From: Opitutales bacterium
Lineage (GTDB): Bacteria > Verrucomicrobiota > Verrucomicrobiia > Opitutales > JABSRG01
Length of the DNA: 41,789 bases
Direction: 5' to 3'
Assembly: GCA_049599475.1 (NCBI GenBank)
Contig: JBMYOQ010000036.1
Location: 1-41,789 of the forward strand
Shown: in pieces, positions 17,329 through 27,319 of the stretch
Position numbering within the stretch: position 1 is the first letter of the stretch
Layout of the letters: every line of letters begins with the position of its first letter
Position numbers and translations under genes: made by a program
The notes under the pieces: generated by a model
The model's input: only the letters and a program-made list of their open reading frames with translations
Told to the model about the DNA's origin: nothing
Databases searched by the model: none

Positions 17329-18795
17329 TTGATTCTCCCGAAAGACATTTCTTCAAGCACCCGAGTCCGTCTATTGAGCGAACGTCCTCAAAAGCTCTGC
17401 CTAGAGCATCTGAGAGACTCAGGGTTGCGCGTCGAGATGCTGCTCCCTGAGGATATTGAGGGCATCGAACCTGACTCCCTGAACGTCACTTACGTCGTTC
17501 CTTCGGAGTGGGCGCTCGATCCACGATGGCCGTCAATCCGTGTTCAGCTCGCGCGTTCGTGCAGGTATTATGTCGTCATTGGTGACCATCTGAGCACCCG
17601 GGAAATCGTCGCCGCGACCCGCGACGGTGCCCACGATGTGATCGACTTGCGCGACACCCAACAGCGCGTCACCGATGCCATTGAAAATGCCGCTCGAAGC
17701 CAGCAGCTTTGGTGGCAGCTCTATGGAGGGCAGTCGATTGTGGATGGCGAATTTCTGGTCGGACGGTCGAGCGCGATGTCAAACCTGCGAGAGATCGTTC
17801 AACGCGTGGGTCCGACAAACGCCACAGTTCTCATTTCAGGAGAATCTGGCACAGGAAAAGAGCGCGTTGCCCAGGCACTTCAAGCAAGCCATGGAAGCGG
17901 CCCCTTCGTGATTCTCAATTGCGCAGCCATTCCTCCCGATCTACTCGAGTCAGAGCTTTTTGGTGTAGAAAAAGGAGCTTACACGGGGGCAGTCACCCAT
18001 CGAAAGGGTCTCGTCGAGGAAGCAAGTGGTGGCACTCTATTTCTCGATGAAATTGGAGAATTGAGCCTTTCGCTTCAGCCCAAGCTTCTCCGTTTCCTAG
18101 AGACCCATGTCGCTCGTCGCGTGGGCAGCAATCGCGAGTATAAAGCAGATGTTCGAGTCATTTCAGCGACCAATCGTGATTTACGCGTCGAGGCCGATGC
18201 AGGACGCTTCCGCCCCGACCTATATTACCGCCTGGCGGAAGTCGTAATCAACACGATCCCCCTGCGCCAGCGCCTTGAGGACATTCCAGAACTCGGGAAA
18301 ACATTTATTTCCATCGCAGCCGAACGCCTGGGTAAGAATTTCGAAAGCCTCGAGCCTGAGCTCGTCTTTCAGTTTCAGCAGTATGACTGGCCTGGAAATG
18401 TCCGCGAGTTGAAGCAAACAATCGAGCGTCTCGCGATCCACTATGATGGGCCCGTAATGCGCGCGGGCTGGTGGCAAGCACCAGAGCCCATTCAAAGCCC
18501 TGCACAGCCCCCTCGCCCGGAATCGACGACCACACCATCGGCGTTTTCTCAACCTAATACACACCAGGCTGCGCCGGTGAACACCGGGCCAGAATCCCCC
18601 ATTTATGCGGCTCCTGTGACGACTATGCCTCAACCCGTTCCCCAGGCAATTAATCGCCCTCTAAATAAGAAGGAGCGTTTTGCCCTAGCGCGGAATTTGA
18701 TCGAACAGAGCGGCGGAGACCTCAGCTGGGTCTGCGCTCAAATGGGCATTCACCCCACCACCCTTTATCGCTGGAGGAAAGAGGGGAAAGTCTAG
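17329..18795 (+). CDS. Sigma54-dependent transcriptional activator (AAA+, Fis-type HTH), degenerate receiver-like N-terminus
   Basis: GESGTGKE, ESELFGVEKGAYTGA, LFLDEIGE, VISATNRDL, FRPDLYYRL, WPGNVREL, C-terminal MGIHPTTLYRW. Start (TTG) uncertain. Confidence 0.92.
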   Translation: MILPKDISSSTRVRLLSERPQKLCLEHLRDSGLRVEMLLPEDIEGIEPDSLNVTYVVPSEWALDPRWPSIRVQLARSCRYYVVIGDHLSTREIVAATRDGAHDVIDLRDTQQRVTDAIENAARSQQLWWQLYGGQSIVDGEFLVGRSSAMSNLREIVQRVGPTNATVLISGESGTGKERVAQALQASHGSGPFVILNCAAIPPDLLESELFGVEKGAYTGAVTHRKGLVEEASGGTLFLDEIGELSLSLQPKLLRFLETHVARRVGSNREYKADVRVISATNRDLRVEADAGRFRPDLYYRLAEVVINTIPLRQRLEDIPELGKTFISIAAERLGKNFESLEPELVFQFQQYDWPGNVRELKQTIERLAIHYDGPVMRAGWWQAPEPIQSPAQPPRPESTTTPSAFSQPNTHQAAPVNTGPESPIYAAPVTTMPQPVPQAINRPLNKKERFALARNLIEQSGGDLSWVCAQMGIHPTTLYRWRKEGKV

Positions 18796-18796
18796 C

Positions 18797-19843
18797 CTAC
18801 CACACCAGGGGCCACGCGGGCTCAAATGATAATTCATCGAGTGCCCCGTCGACAATGCCTTGCGGATTCGCCCACGCGGCAAACGCAATCATTGTAGCAT
18901 TATCACCGGTGTGACGCCCCTCAGCCATCAGCAAAGGACAACCTGATTTGCGCGCTAGCGATTCCATCTCGGCTCGCAATGTCCGGTTGTTCGCCACGCC
19001 GCCTGAAAGACCAATACTCTTTATCCCCGGAAAAGCTTTCAGTATCTGCTCTGTTTTCACTCTCAATTGACGAATCACCGCGTATTGGTAGCTAGCGCAG
19101 AGGTCGGGTAAATGATCTTCGATCACCGAATCGGGTGTCTTTTCGAGGAAATAGCGCAAACTCGTCTTGAGGCCCGAGAAGGAAAAGCGGCGATCGTTCT
19201 TCGATTTGGATGCAAGGGGAAACTCGTGCCAGGTCCGATCTCCCTCCCGTCCCACTCGCTCAATTTGTGGGCCTCCAGGGTAAGGCATTCCGAGCAATTT
19301 TGCTCCCTTATCAAGCGCCTCGCCTGCGGCATCATCAACTGTTTCGGCCAAAATGCTCACCGCTTGGCTCTCGTCGACCATGGCCAAAATCGTATTTCCC
19401 CCTGAGACAATCAGCCCCAGGTGCGGAAGTAGGCTCGAATACGTTTTCGACCAATCACTCCGGCTTTCCACCCATACCGGAATGAAGGGAGAGTACAAAT
19501 GGCCACGTAAATGATTCACCCCGACCACAGGCACGTCCAATGCCACGGCAAGCGACTTCGCAAACGCGATACCTAGAGCCAAGCACCCCGCCAGACCAGG
19601 TCCTCGCGTCACCGCTATCGAAGTCACTTTATCCAATACCTCCGGGCAGGCCTGCTTCAATTGCTCGAAAACATAGGCAAAATTCTCCAAGTGTGCCCGG
19701 CTCGCAAGATCAGGAACAACGCCCCCATACTCTCGATGAAGGTCGATTTGACTAGCCACAATCTCCGCGACAATCACGCCCTCAATCGGATCGACCAACG
19801 CCAAACTCGACTCATCACAGGAACTCTCTACACCCAAAATCAC
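18797..19843 (-). CDS. tsaD: tRNA N6-adenosine threonylcarbamoyltransferase
   Basis: ILGVESSCDES, YGGVVPDLASRAH, NHLRGH, VSGG, DDAAGEALDK, FSFSGLKT, GGVANN, DNATMIA. Confidence 0.96.
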   Translation of the reverse strand: MILGVESSCDESSLALVDPIEGVIVAEIVASQIDLHREYGGVVPDLASRAHLENFAYVFEQLKQACPEVLDKVTSIAVTRGPGLAGCLALGIAFAKSLAVALDVPVVGVNHLRGHLYSPFIPVWVESRSDWSKTYSSLLPHLGLIVSGGNTILAMVDESQAVSILAETVDDAAGEALDKGAKLLGMPYPGGPQIERVGREGDRTWHEFPLASKSKNDRRFSFSGLKTSLRYFLEKTPDSVIEDHLPDLCASYQYAVIRQLRVKTEQILKAFPGIKSIGLSGGVANNRTLRAEMESLARKSGCPLLMAEGRHTGDNATMIAFAAWANPQGIVDGALDELSFEPAWPLVW

Positions 19844-19874
19844 CCCGACACAAGGGACTGAGCGCCGAGAGATG

Positions 19875-20975
19875 TCAACGCGAGGCTATCAGTGGCAAAT
19901 CCAAGGCTGCCTTCACCCAAATATCCGAGAGTAAGGAATCTAGAGCATTCCCATCCCAGGGCTCTCGCGTTTTCACTCGAATCCCAGGCTTCAAGCCGAA
20001 GCCTTCGATCTTCCCTCCGTTCGGAAGAAAAAATTCTCCAGTAGTTATCTTGGCCCCACCTTCACCGGAAAAAGAGTAGATGCTCTGTATCGTACCCTTT
20101 CCGAAGGATCGGGTGCCCACTAGTTCCGCATCGCAGCGCTCTCTCAAAATTCCCGCCAGAGCCTCAGCCGAACTCGCCGTGTTTTGATCTATTAAGACCG
20201 CGATCTTCAGGCCTGGAAAACGATTCTGCTGCCGCGCCCGAACAAACTGGTTCTTATCATTCTTAAAACGATGAACCTTCAGCATAAGATCTCCCTGGGA
20301 TACAAAGATATCGGCGATCTCATGCGCGGCACTAAGCAGACCTCCTGAATTCCCCCGCAAATCCAGCATCAAAAAGGCAGTCTCCAGACCCGAAATCACG
20401 CACTGAAATTCCGACGCGGTCTGTTCACCAAACTCATGAATTCGCACATAACTGAAATTCTCATCCAAACGCTCCAAAGGCGACACCGTTTGCTGCAATA
20501 CCTCCCCACGCCGTAGCTTCAGTTCTATAGGTTCTCTCGTCTCTCCGCGGGCCAAAATGAGCTCAATGCATGTTCCGGGAGCGCCCCGTAAACGCTCGAC
20601 AACATCCTCCAGATCTAACAAATCGATGCTTTGACCATCGATTCCTGCAATGAGATCCCCGGCCAGAATGCCTGCGCTCTCCGCTGGTGAGCCTTCGAAT
20701 ACCTGAACAACCGTTGCCCCGCCGGTGGCTGCAAGATTTAGACGCACACCAATACCATCGTACTTTTGAGTTAGGGAGCGCTCCACAGACTTCATCTTTT
20801 CACTATTGAACAACATCCGGTGCGGATCACCCGCCCTGGCAGATTCTGCATAGGCCTCAGAAAATGGAATTTCCTCGAGGAGGGGCCGACCGAAGACTGT
20901 AAGTGACGACCCGACTATCAACAAAGCGAGCGAGACTCGCTGGAACCATTGGGAAATATTGACTCGTAATGGCAT
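19875..20975 (-). CDS. S41 C-terminal processing peptidase (CtpA/Prc-like) with PDZ domain
   Basis: GIGV...GSPAESAGI.AGD (PDZ), LDLRGNSGGLL, TASSAE, SFGKGTIQ. Start taken at MPLRV (ORF track gives 21080). Confidence 0.9.
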   Translation of the reverse strand: MPLRVNISQWFQRVSLALLIVGSSLTVFGRPLLEEIPFSEAYAESARAGDPHRMLFNSEKMKSVERSLTQKYDGIGVRLNLAATGGATVVQVFEGSPAESAGILAGDLIAGIDGQSIDLLDLEDVVERLRGAPGTCIELILARGETREPIELKLRRGEVLQQTVSPLERLDENFSYVRIHEFGEQTASEFQCVISGLETAFLMLDLRGNSGGLLSAAHEIADIFVSQGDLMLKVHRFKNDKNQFVRARQQNRFPGLKIAVLIDQNTASSAEALAGILRERCDAELVGTRSFGKGTIQSIYSFSGEGGAKITTGEFFLPNGGKIEGFGLKPGIRVKTREPWDGNALDSLLSDIWVKAALDLPLIASR

Positions 20976-21152
20976 GGTGGGCAGTTTTGGAGAACGAAAC
21001 GAAAGTGAATTTTTTGGATATCTACGCAGCAAAATGCCCGGAATTTCGACGAAACCTTCACTTAAAACAGAGAGGTCCATTTTTTCATTTAAACCTTGCC
21101 AAAGGATTCAGACTCACCTTTTCTCTACTGTTTTTCTTTAAGGAGTAACATC

Positions 21153-21383
21153 ATGTCTAGAATTTGTGCTATCACAGGCAAGCGCCCGGTTTCAGGCGGA
21201 CGCATCATCCGTAAGGGTCAGTCCAAGAAGAGCGGCGGTATCGGGACACACGTTGTCAAGGTAACAAAGCGTCGTTTTCGCCCCAACGTGCAGAGAGTCC
21301 GCGTAAAGCTTCCAAGCGGCCAAGTAAAACGCATGTGGGTCTCGGTCAAGGCCATCAAGGCAGGACTCATCGAGAAGGCCTAA
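21153..21383 (+). CDS. rpmB: 50S ribosomal protein L28
   Basis: MSRICAITGKRP...TKRRFRPNVQ; AAGGAG RBS at 21140-21145. Confidence 0.95.
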   Translation: MSRICAITGKRPVSGGRIIRKGQSKKSGGIGTHVVKVTKRRFRPNVQRVRVKLPSGQVKRMWVSVKAIKAGLIEKA

Positions 21384-21411
21384 TACTTTTCCCAAAAAGA
21401 AGATTATCCTC

Positions 21412-21444
21412 AAAGCTCACCGTAAATAATGGTGAGCTTTTTTT
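21412..21444 (+). terminator. Rho-independent terminator of rpmB
   Basis: AAAGCTCACC-N9-GGTGAGCTTT followed by a T run. Confidence 0.85.
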
Positions 21445-21457
21445 GTGCATGCATTCA

Positions 21458-22564
21458 ATGCCGGCAGCAAACGCCGACCTTATGAAAGCAAGCATGCCAA
21501 GAATCTACACAGCACAGCGTTCATATACATCTTCCCCGTCCTCGGCAGACGAGTGGGCAACGCTAATTGGCGGAATCACGGCAGAGTTTGAGCGTCCACC
21601 AGACCTCTTCTTCACACTAAATGCCCTTCAAAAGACACTACTATTTCGGAGCCAGGACATACAGCAGTTCAGCGAGCACATCGAGGCCGATTCGAGCTCG
21701 ATAACTCGGATCAGAATCGAGATATCCGATAAGCCAGCCCCCGAAGAATCCCCTCTGATAAGGAAATACGTCCGCATCGATGCCACCTCCACACAGGACA
21801 AGAACCACTCGCGCAACCTTAGGATCTATTCGCGCGGAGTCTCCAAGAGCGCTCTCTTTAGGATCGAAAAAGGGGTTATGGAAAACAATGGATCTTCGCG
21901 CAAACGACCAAACGTAACGTATGGCCGGCCATGCGAGGTGATGGCCACCATGATAGATCTCCAAGGATTCAGCGCCTTCTGCGAACGCCCAGAAATCGAA
22001 TCGCCCTACACCTGCGCAGTCGTAGGCGCATTTTATCAAACGACCGAACACTGCTTCGAAACTTTCCCTCCAGATGTTCTAAAAATCCAAGGAGATGGCA
22101 TACTGATGATCTGGAGAAGCGACGCTGAGAATCGCGACTTAATCGCCGAAGTCATTCGCCAAGGCATCAACCGCTTGGACGAGCGCTGGAAGGCATTAAT
22201 CAAGGATCCCCAATTTCACCATGGCGCTCCCTCTGAAATCCGAACAGGCGTTTCATTTGGGCTAGCGAGCAGCCTCACCGATCAAACAGATTTTCTCGGG
22301 CGGCCCATCAATATGGCCTCGCGCATTTCTGATCAATGCGACGGTAACGAAATCCTCTTAGATAGCGCTTTACCCGGAATAAACGAGCAACCGGAAGCCA
22401 TCCAAAAATCCATTACACTGAAAGGTGTCGGAAAGCGAATCGTCTGGAGCCTACCTATTGGATCTTCAAGAGAAGAAACCAAAAACTCCAAGGGAGGAAC
22501 GAAATCAAGCCGGCTTCAACTATCAGAGCTACTCAGCTTGAAATCAAAAATGGCTCCCCGGTAA
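21458..22564 (+). CDS. Class III adenylate/guanylate cyclase domain protein with unrecognised N-terminal domain
   Basis: IDLQGFS, KIQGDGIL, IRTGVSFG, DFLGRPINMASRI, LKGVG. Start uncertain (21449/21458/21482); the ORF-track start overlaps rpmB and its terminator. Confidence 0.85.
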   Translation: MPAANADLMKASMPRIYTAQRSYTSSPSSADEWATLIGGITAEFERPPDLFFTLNALQKTLLFRSQDIQQFSEHIEADSSSITRIRIEISDKPAPEESPLIRKYVRIDATSTQDKNHSRNLRIYSRGVSKSALFRIEKGVMENNGSSRKRPNVTYGRPCEVMATMIDLQGFSAFCERPEIESPYTCAVVGAFYQTTEHCFETFPPDVLKIQGDGILMIWRSDAENRDLIAEVIRQGINRLDERWKALIKDPQFHHGAPSEIRTGVSFGLASSLTDQTDFLGRPINMASRISDQCDGNEILLDSALPGINEQPEAIQKSITLKGVGKRIVWSLPIGSSREETKNSKGGTKSSRLQLSELLSLKSKMAPR

Positions 22565-22624
22565 GGATTCGAACCTCAACTAAATGGACCAAAACCACTT
22601 GTGCTACCATTACACCACCAGGGA
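22551..22624 (-). tRNA. tRNA-Gln (anticodon UUG)
   Basis: TCCCTGG-TG-GTGTAATGGTAGCAC-A-AGTGG-TT-TTG-GT-CCATT...GGTTCGAATCC...CCGGGGA-G-CCA: full cloverleaf with encoded CCA. Confidence 0.96.
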
Positions 22625-22749
22625 CCAGTGAAAAGTTGTAAAGTGTTCCTAAAAATAGATGAGTCAAGCCCCTTTTCCTAACGAATAAGAATTCTCCAAA
22701 ACACTCTGAATCAGGCCTTAAGGAACCTCTGATTCGCAAGAAGGAACAG

Positions 22750-22778
22750 TTGACGTAGGCAGGTGCGTTTCCCACATT
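22750..22778 (+). promoter_or_regulatory. Sigma70-like promoter of pyrH
   Basis: TTGACG-17 nt-CACATT, ending 8 nt before the ATG. Confidence 0.55.
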
Positions 22779-22786
22779 CCATCTCC

Positions 22787-23536
22787 ATGCAAGACGAGTC
22801 GTCCGGTAATCCTTCGCCCAAATATAAGCGCATCATCCTCAAAGTAAGTGGAGAGGCCCTCCTGAACAAGAAGTCAGGTGAGCCCATTGATCGCGATGTT
22901 CTTGAGTCCTTCTGTAAAGAAATCAAAGCTGTCTACGATCTCGGAGTCGAAATCGGGATAGTCATCGGAGGTGGGAACATCTTCCGCGGCCTCAGTGGGA
23001 GCAAGGACCGCGGGATCGATCGTGCCACTGGAGACCACATGGGCATGCTCGCAACTGTGATTAACGGTTTGGCCCTCATGGATTGTCTCGAAAAAATGGG
23101 CGTGATCGTCCGCGTGCAAAGCGCCATCGGAATGGATCGCCTCGCCGAACGCTTCATTCTCCGTCGCGCCATTCGCCACCTTGAGAAAAAGCGCGTGGTT
23201 ATTTTCGTCGCCGGCACGGGCAACCCCTACTTTTCGACCGACACCACAGCAGCGCTCCGGGCCAGCGAAATCGGTGCAGATGTGCTTATGAAGGCAACCA
23301 ACGTGGACGGTATCTACGACAAGGATCCCAACAAATATGACGACGCCGTGAAATACGACGAACTCTCCTACTTGAAAGCCCTTCAGGAGCGACTAAATGT
23401 CATGGACTCTACCGCATTCTCCCTATGCATGGAGAACAAAATGCCGATCATGGTATTTCGCATGAAGGAACCCAGTGCGGTCCTACGCGCGGTAATGGGC
23501 GAACAAATCGGATCGCTCGTAAATTCAGAATCCTAA
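22787..23536 (+). CDS. pyrH: UMP kinase
   Basis: [50 protein letters not shown]. Confidence 0.97.
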   Translation: MQDESSGNPSPKYKRIILKVSGEALLNKKSGEPIDRDVLESFCKEIKAVYDLGVEIGIVIGGGNIFRGLSGSKDRGIDRATGDHMGMLATVINGLALMDCLEKMGVIVRVQSAIGMDRLAERFILRRAIRHLEKKRVVIFVAGTGNPYFSTDTTAALRASEIGADVLMKATNVDGIYDKDPNKYDDAVKYDELSYLKALQERLNVMDSTAFSLCMENKMPIMVFRMKEPSAVLRAVMGEQIGSLVNSES

Positions 23537-23576
23537 ATCAACCACCTTTTTTACCCAGACCTAGATCCCCGAAAAA

Positions 23577-24137
23577 ATGGACGCAGACTCAATTATAACT
23601 ACCGCCGAAGAAGGCATGGCTAAGGCTCTCGATTTCACACTCGGAGAATTTGCTTCGATCCATACCGGAAAAGCATCTCCGAGTATGGTAGACGGCATCT
23701 CAGTGGACGTCTATGGCTCTAGCATGAAGCTTCGCGATATCGCAGCGATCACCACACCGGACACCCGCCTGATCATGATTCAGCCCTGGGACCAAGGCGT
23801 GGTTAAGGAGATAGAAAAAGCAATTATCGCGGCGAATATCGGATTTAACCCAAGCGCTATGGGCACATCCATACGCGTCCCCGTACCCGAGCTCAGCCGC
23901 GACCGCCGGCAGGAGCTCGTAAAGGTGGCCAATGGGCATGCCGAAGAAGGGCGAGTCCGCATCCGTGGAGCACGCCGCGACGCAATGGATGGTCTGAAGA
24001 AACTCGAGAAGGAAAAAGAAATTTCGGAGGACGACCGCAAGCGCTACGAGAAGGATGTGCAAAAGCTCACCGACGATCACGTAGCCAAAATCGCATCTTC
24101 CCTTAAGGCCAAAGAACAAGAGCTTCTCACCGTTTAA
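23577..24137 (+). CDS. frr: Ribosome recycling factor
   Basis: IHTGKASP, IQPWD, PELSRDRRQEL, IRGARRD, ISEDD; follows pyrH. Confidence 0.97.
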   Translation: MDADSIITTAEEGMAKALDFTLGEFASIHTGKASPSMVDGISVDVYGSSMKLRDIAAITTPDTRLIMIQPWDQGVVKEIEKAIIAANIGFNPSAMGTSIRVPVPELSRDRRQELVKVANGHAEEGRVRIRGARRDAMDGLKKLEKEKEISEDDRKRYEKDVQKLTDDHVAKIASSLKAKEQELLTV

Positions 24138-24159
24138 TCACGCCAGAAAGACTTCTTTC

Positions 24160-24191
24160 AAAAGCCAGGACCGCAGGTGTCTTGGCTTTTT
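24160..24191 (+). terminator. Rho-independent terminator after frr
   Basis: AAAAGCCAGGAC-loop-GTCTTGGCTTTTT (one G-U pair); ends 6 nt before the proB start. Confidence 0.75.
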
Positions 24192-24197
24192 CTATAA

Positions 24198-25313
24198 ATG
24201 GAATCTATTCGCAAAAATATTCGGCGCATCGTCGTAAAATTTGGCACGGGCATCCTAACAAAAGGTATCGGAGAGCTCGATACCGACCGTATTTTTCATT
24301 TTTGCGACCAGCTCGCTGCAATACGTAAGCTCGGCATCGAAGTCCTCGTGGTTTCGTCTGGATCCATCGGCCTAGGGATGGGCCAACTCAAATTGAAGAA
24401 ACGGCCAACGGAGCTTGCTGTCTCACAAGCCTGCGCAGCAATTGGTCAGAGCATTTTGATGAACATCTGGCGCGACGGATTCGCCAGGCATGGATTCACA
24501 GTGGCACAAGTACTACTGACTCACGACGCGGTTCGCGGCCGTACCCGCCATATCAATACGCGGGATATGATCGATACCCTGCTCGACCGCAGCATCATAC
24601 CGATCATCAATGAAAACGATTCAGTCTCAGTCCAAGAGATTGAATTTGGTGACAACGATACCTTATCCGCATTGGTCACCAGCTTTGCCAAGGCCGATCA
24701 ACTCTTTATCGTTTCGACTGCCCCAGGTTTAATTGACATGCAAGGCACGGGAGAGATTATTCCTGTAGTTGAAGAGATTACTCCTCAAGTCGCAGGCTTG
24801 GCCGAAGGGACTGACTCGCCCACAGCCGTCGGCGGCATGATCAGCAAAATATCCGCAGCAAGACTCGCTACACGCAGTGGCGCTGGTGTCTTCATCACCA
24901 GCGGCAGACGTGAGAACGGCTTAATCGATTGGTTCTCAGGGCCTCAGAATTCCGTCCCAGGCACCCTATTCTTGCCCAGCGGTACCGAAATCGATTCCCA
25001 CAAAAGATGGTTGGCATTTTTCGAATCTCCTGGAGGCACTATCCATGTAGATGCGGGAGCCCGAGAAGCGCTTGAAACCAAGGGCAGCAGCCTGCTCGCA
25101 ATCGGTGTTACCGAAATCGACGGCAGCTTTAAGAAAAAGGCAGTTGTCAATGTCAGCGGCCCAGATGGAGAAGTATTCGCCCGCGGCGTGTCTCAGTTTG
25201 GAAGTCGACAGCTCAAACAAATTCGCGGCCTCGGGTCCGAGAAAATTCAAGATATTTTCCCAAAGTGCACCAGCCCCGAAGTGATGCACCGCGATACACT
25301 CGTTATTCTTTGA
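24198..25313 (+). CDS. proB: Glutamate 5-kinase
   Basis: IVVKFGT, VSSG, AAIGQ, PIINEND, FGDNDTLSA, GGMISK; C-terminal PUA domain (VDAGA...SLL). Confidence 0.96.
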   Translation: MESIRKNIRRIVVKFGTGILTKGIGELDTDRIFHFCDQLAAIRKLGIEVLVVSSGSIGLGMGQLKLKKRPTELAVSQACAAIGQSILMNIWRDGFARHGFTVAQVLLTHDAVRGRTRHINTRDMIDTLLDRSIIPIINENDSVSVQEIEFGDNDTLSALVTSFAKADQLFIVSTAPGLIDMQGTGEIIPVVEEITPQVAGLAEGTDSPTAVGGMISKISAARLATRSGAGVFITSGRRENGLIDWFSGPQNSVPGTLFLPSGTEIDSHKRWLAFFESPGGTIHVDAGAREALETKGSSLLAIGVTEIDGSFKKKAVVNVSGPDGEVFARGVSQFGSRQLKQIRGLGSEKIQDIFPKCTSPEVMHRDTLVIL

Positions 25314-27319
25314 TGACCTCTTTTGCTTCCAGTCCAGGCTTCGACAGCCTCCCCCCGATCGATTTCAAGGCAGAGCTTAATGACGAGCAATTTGAGGCAG
25401 TAACCTCACCTATGGGCCCTGCACTTGTTCTTGCGGGAGCCGGCTCAGGCAAAACGCGCACCCTCACTTATCGCGTCGCTTACCTTCTCAGCCAGGGCGT
25501 GGCCCCTTGGAATATCTTGCTCCTGACGTTCACCAATAAGGCTGCCCGTGAAATGCTTGAGCGTGTCGAAGACCTTACCGGTGTAGATCGACGCCATTTC
25601 TGGGGAGGCACCTTTCACTCGATCGGCCAGCGAATTTTGCGTAAGCACGGCGAATCCGTGGGATTCGAAGCGTCTTTCAACATCATGGATCAGGATGATG
25701 CCAATTCCATGATGAATGCGGTGATCAAGGAGACGGATCCTGCGTTTCTCAAAAACAAGAACCATCCAAAATCCAATGTCATTCACAGCGTAATCAGCTA
25801 TGCTCGCAACACGGGCCAACCCGTCGAGGCTGTCGCAGAAGACAGGTATCCATGGTTGGACAATGTGCCGACGGCGATCGTGCGCTTCAGCAAGGCATAC
25901 GAAAAAAGAAAACGCGCAGAACAGGTAGCTGACTATGATGACTTGCTCACAGAGTGGTTAAAACTCCTGAAAGAAAACGAGGACGCCCGCACTTTTTGCC
26001 AAACCCAATTCAAATGTATATTGGTCGATGAGTATCAAGATACCAACTACATTCAATCCGCGATCATAGACAATCTCACCGGAAACCATAATATCATGGC
26101 TGTGGGTGATGACGCTCAATGTATTTACACTTGGCGAGGCGCTGATTTCCAAAACATCCTAACCTTCCCTGAGCGCCACCCGGGTACCGAAATTTACAAA
26201 ATCCAGACAAACTACCGAAGCTCTCCAGAAATCCTCAGCCTCGCAAACGCAATCCTGGCAAATCAACCTGCAGGAACCGGATACAGTAAAGAGCTTTCAC
26301 CTGTCCGCGACCACGACATTACCCCCGTCATTCTACCTTTCGTGGATCAGCGGCAACAAGCGCGTTGGATCGTAAACCGCCTACGTTCTCTCCAAATGGA
26401 CGGGCAGGACCTCTCTGAGGTAGCTATTTTGTACAGGGCTCACTATCAGGCGATGGATGTCCAAATGGAGCTAGCGCGATCAGATATTCCATTCGTCATA
26501 ACCAGCGGAATACGCTTTTTCGAACAAGCACACATTAGAGACGTCGCAGCTCAATTACGTTTCATCGCCAATGGTCAGGACTCGAGCGCTTTCTTTCGTT
26601 TCATAAAACACCTCCCCAAAGTCGGTGATCGCTCAGCGGAGAGAATATATCAATTTATCGCAAAGCTCGCACGAGACAATGGAGTCGGATCCGCATCCAT
26701 TATGCTTCACAAAAACGTTGTCTCAAAAATTCCGGCAAACGCTCGCGAGGAATACGGCCACCTGGCGAGGACCTTGATCGATGCTGAAACCGCAATGAAA
26801 GACAATGCGTCTCCTGCAACAATCGTCGAACTTGTCATAGAAGGATGGTATCAAGACTTCTTACGTAACCACTACGAAAACTACAGCTCGCGCGAGGATG
26901 ACCTTCAGTCCCTAGTAAATTTCGCCTCACGCTATTCCGACCTAAACGAGCTGTTATCGGAACTAATTTTATTGTCGACGGAAACTGGAAACGACTCACC
27001 CAGTAACGATTCGACGGACAATAAAGTCAGGTTAACTACAGTACACCAATCCAAAGGTCTCGAATTTCCAGTCGTGATTATCATCGGTTGCGCTGACAAC
27101 CTATTTCCCCTCAAGCGGGCAATAGACGACGATAATTTAGATGAAGAGCGCCGCTTATTTTACGTCGCTGTCACTCGAGCGATGAGAGAACTTTTTATCG
27201 CCTACCCTATGATTTCGATCGGAAAAGGCCCGCCCACTCGTTTAACACCTAGCCGCTTCATCAACGAGCTTCCCAGCGACTCGTATGATGTCGTGCGAAC
27301 CCAACAGTCATCATGGTAA
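25313..27319 (+). CDS. UvrD/PcrA/Rep-family ATP-dependent DNA helicase
   Basis: LAGAGSGKTRTL, TFTNKAA, LVDEYQDTN, VGDDAQCIY.WRGA, NYRS, TVHQSKGLEF, EERRLFYVAVTRA; TGATG overlap with the proB stop. Confidence 0.95.
   Translation: MTSFASSPGFDSLPPIDFKAELNDEQFEAVTSPMGPALVLAGAGSGKTRTLTYRVAYLLSQGVAPWNILLLTFTNKAAREMLERVEDLTGVDRRHFWGGTFHSIGQRILRKHGESVGFEASFNIMDQDDANSMMNAVIKETDPAFLKNKNHPKSNVIHSVISYARNTGQPVEAVAEDRYPWLDNVPTAIVRFSKAYEKRKRAEQVADYDDLLTEWLKLLKENEDARTFCQTQFKCILVDEYQDTNYIQSAIIDNLTGNHNIMAVGDDAQCIYTWRGADFQNILTFPERHPGTEIYKIQTNYRSSPEILSLANAILANQPAGTGYSKELSPVRDHDITPVILPFVDQRQQARWIVNRLRSLQMDGQDLSEVAILYRAHYQAMDVQMELARSDIPFVITSGIRFFEQAHIRDVAAQLRFIANGQDSSAFFRFIKHLPKVGDRSAERIYQFIAKLARDNGVGSASIMLHKNVVSKIPANAREEYGHLARTLIDAETAMKDNASPATIVELVIEGWYQDFLRNHYENYSSREDDLQSLVNFASRYSDLNELLSELILLSTETGNDSPSNDSTDNKVRLTTVHQSKGLEFPVVIIIGCADNLFPLKRAIDDDNLDEERRLFYVAVTRAMRELFIAYPMISIGKGPPTRLTPSRFINELPSDSYDVVRTQQSSW

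Noticed and set aside
22551..22624. tRNA-Gln as an integration site for an island
   Set aside because: No integrase and no duplicated tRNA 3' end were seen; the flanks are mostly core genes.
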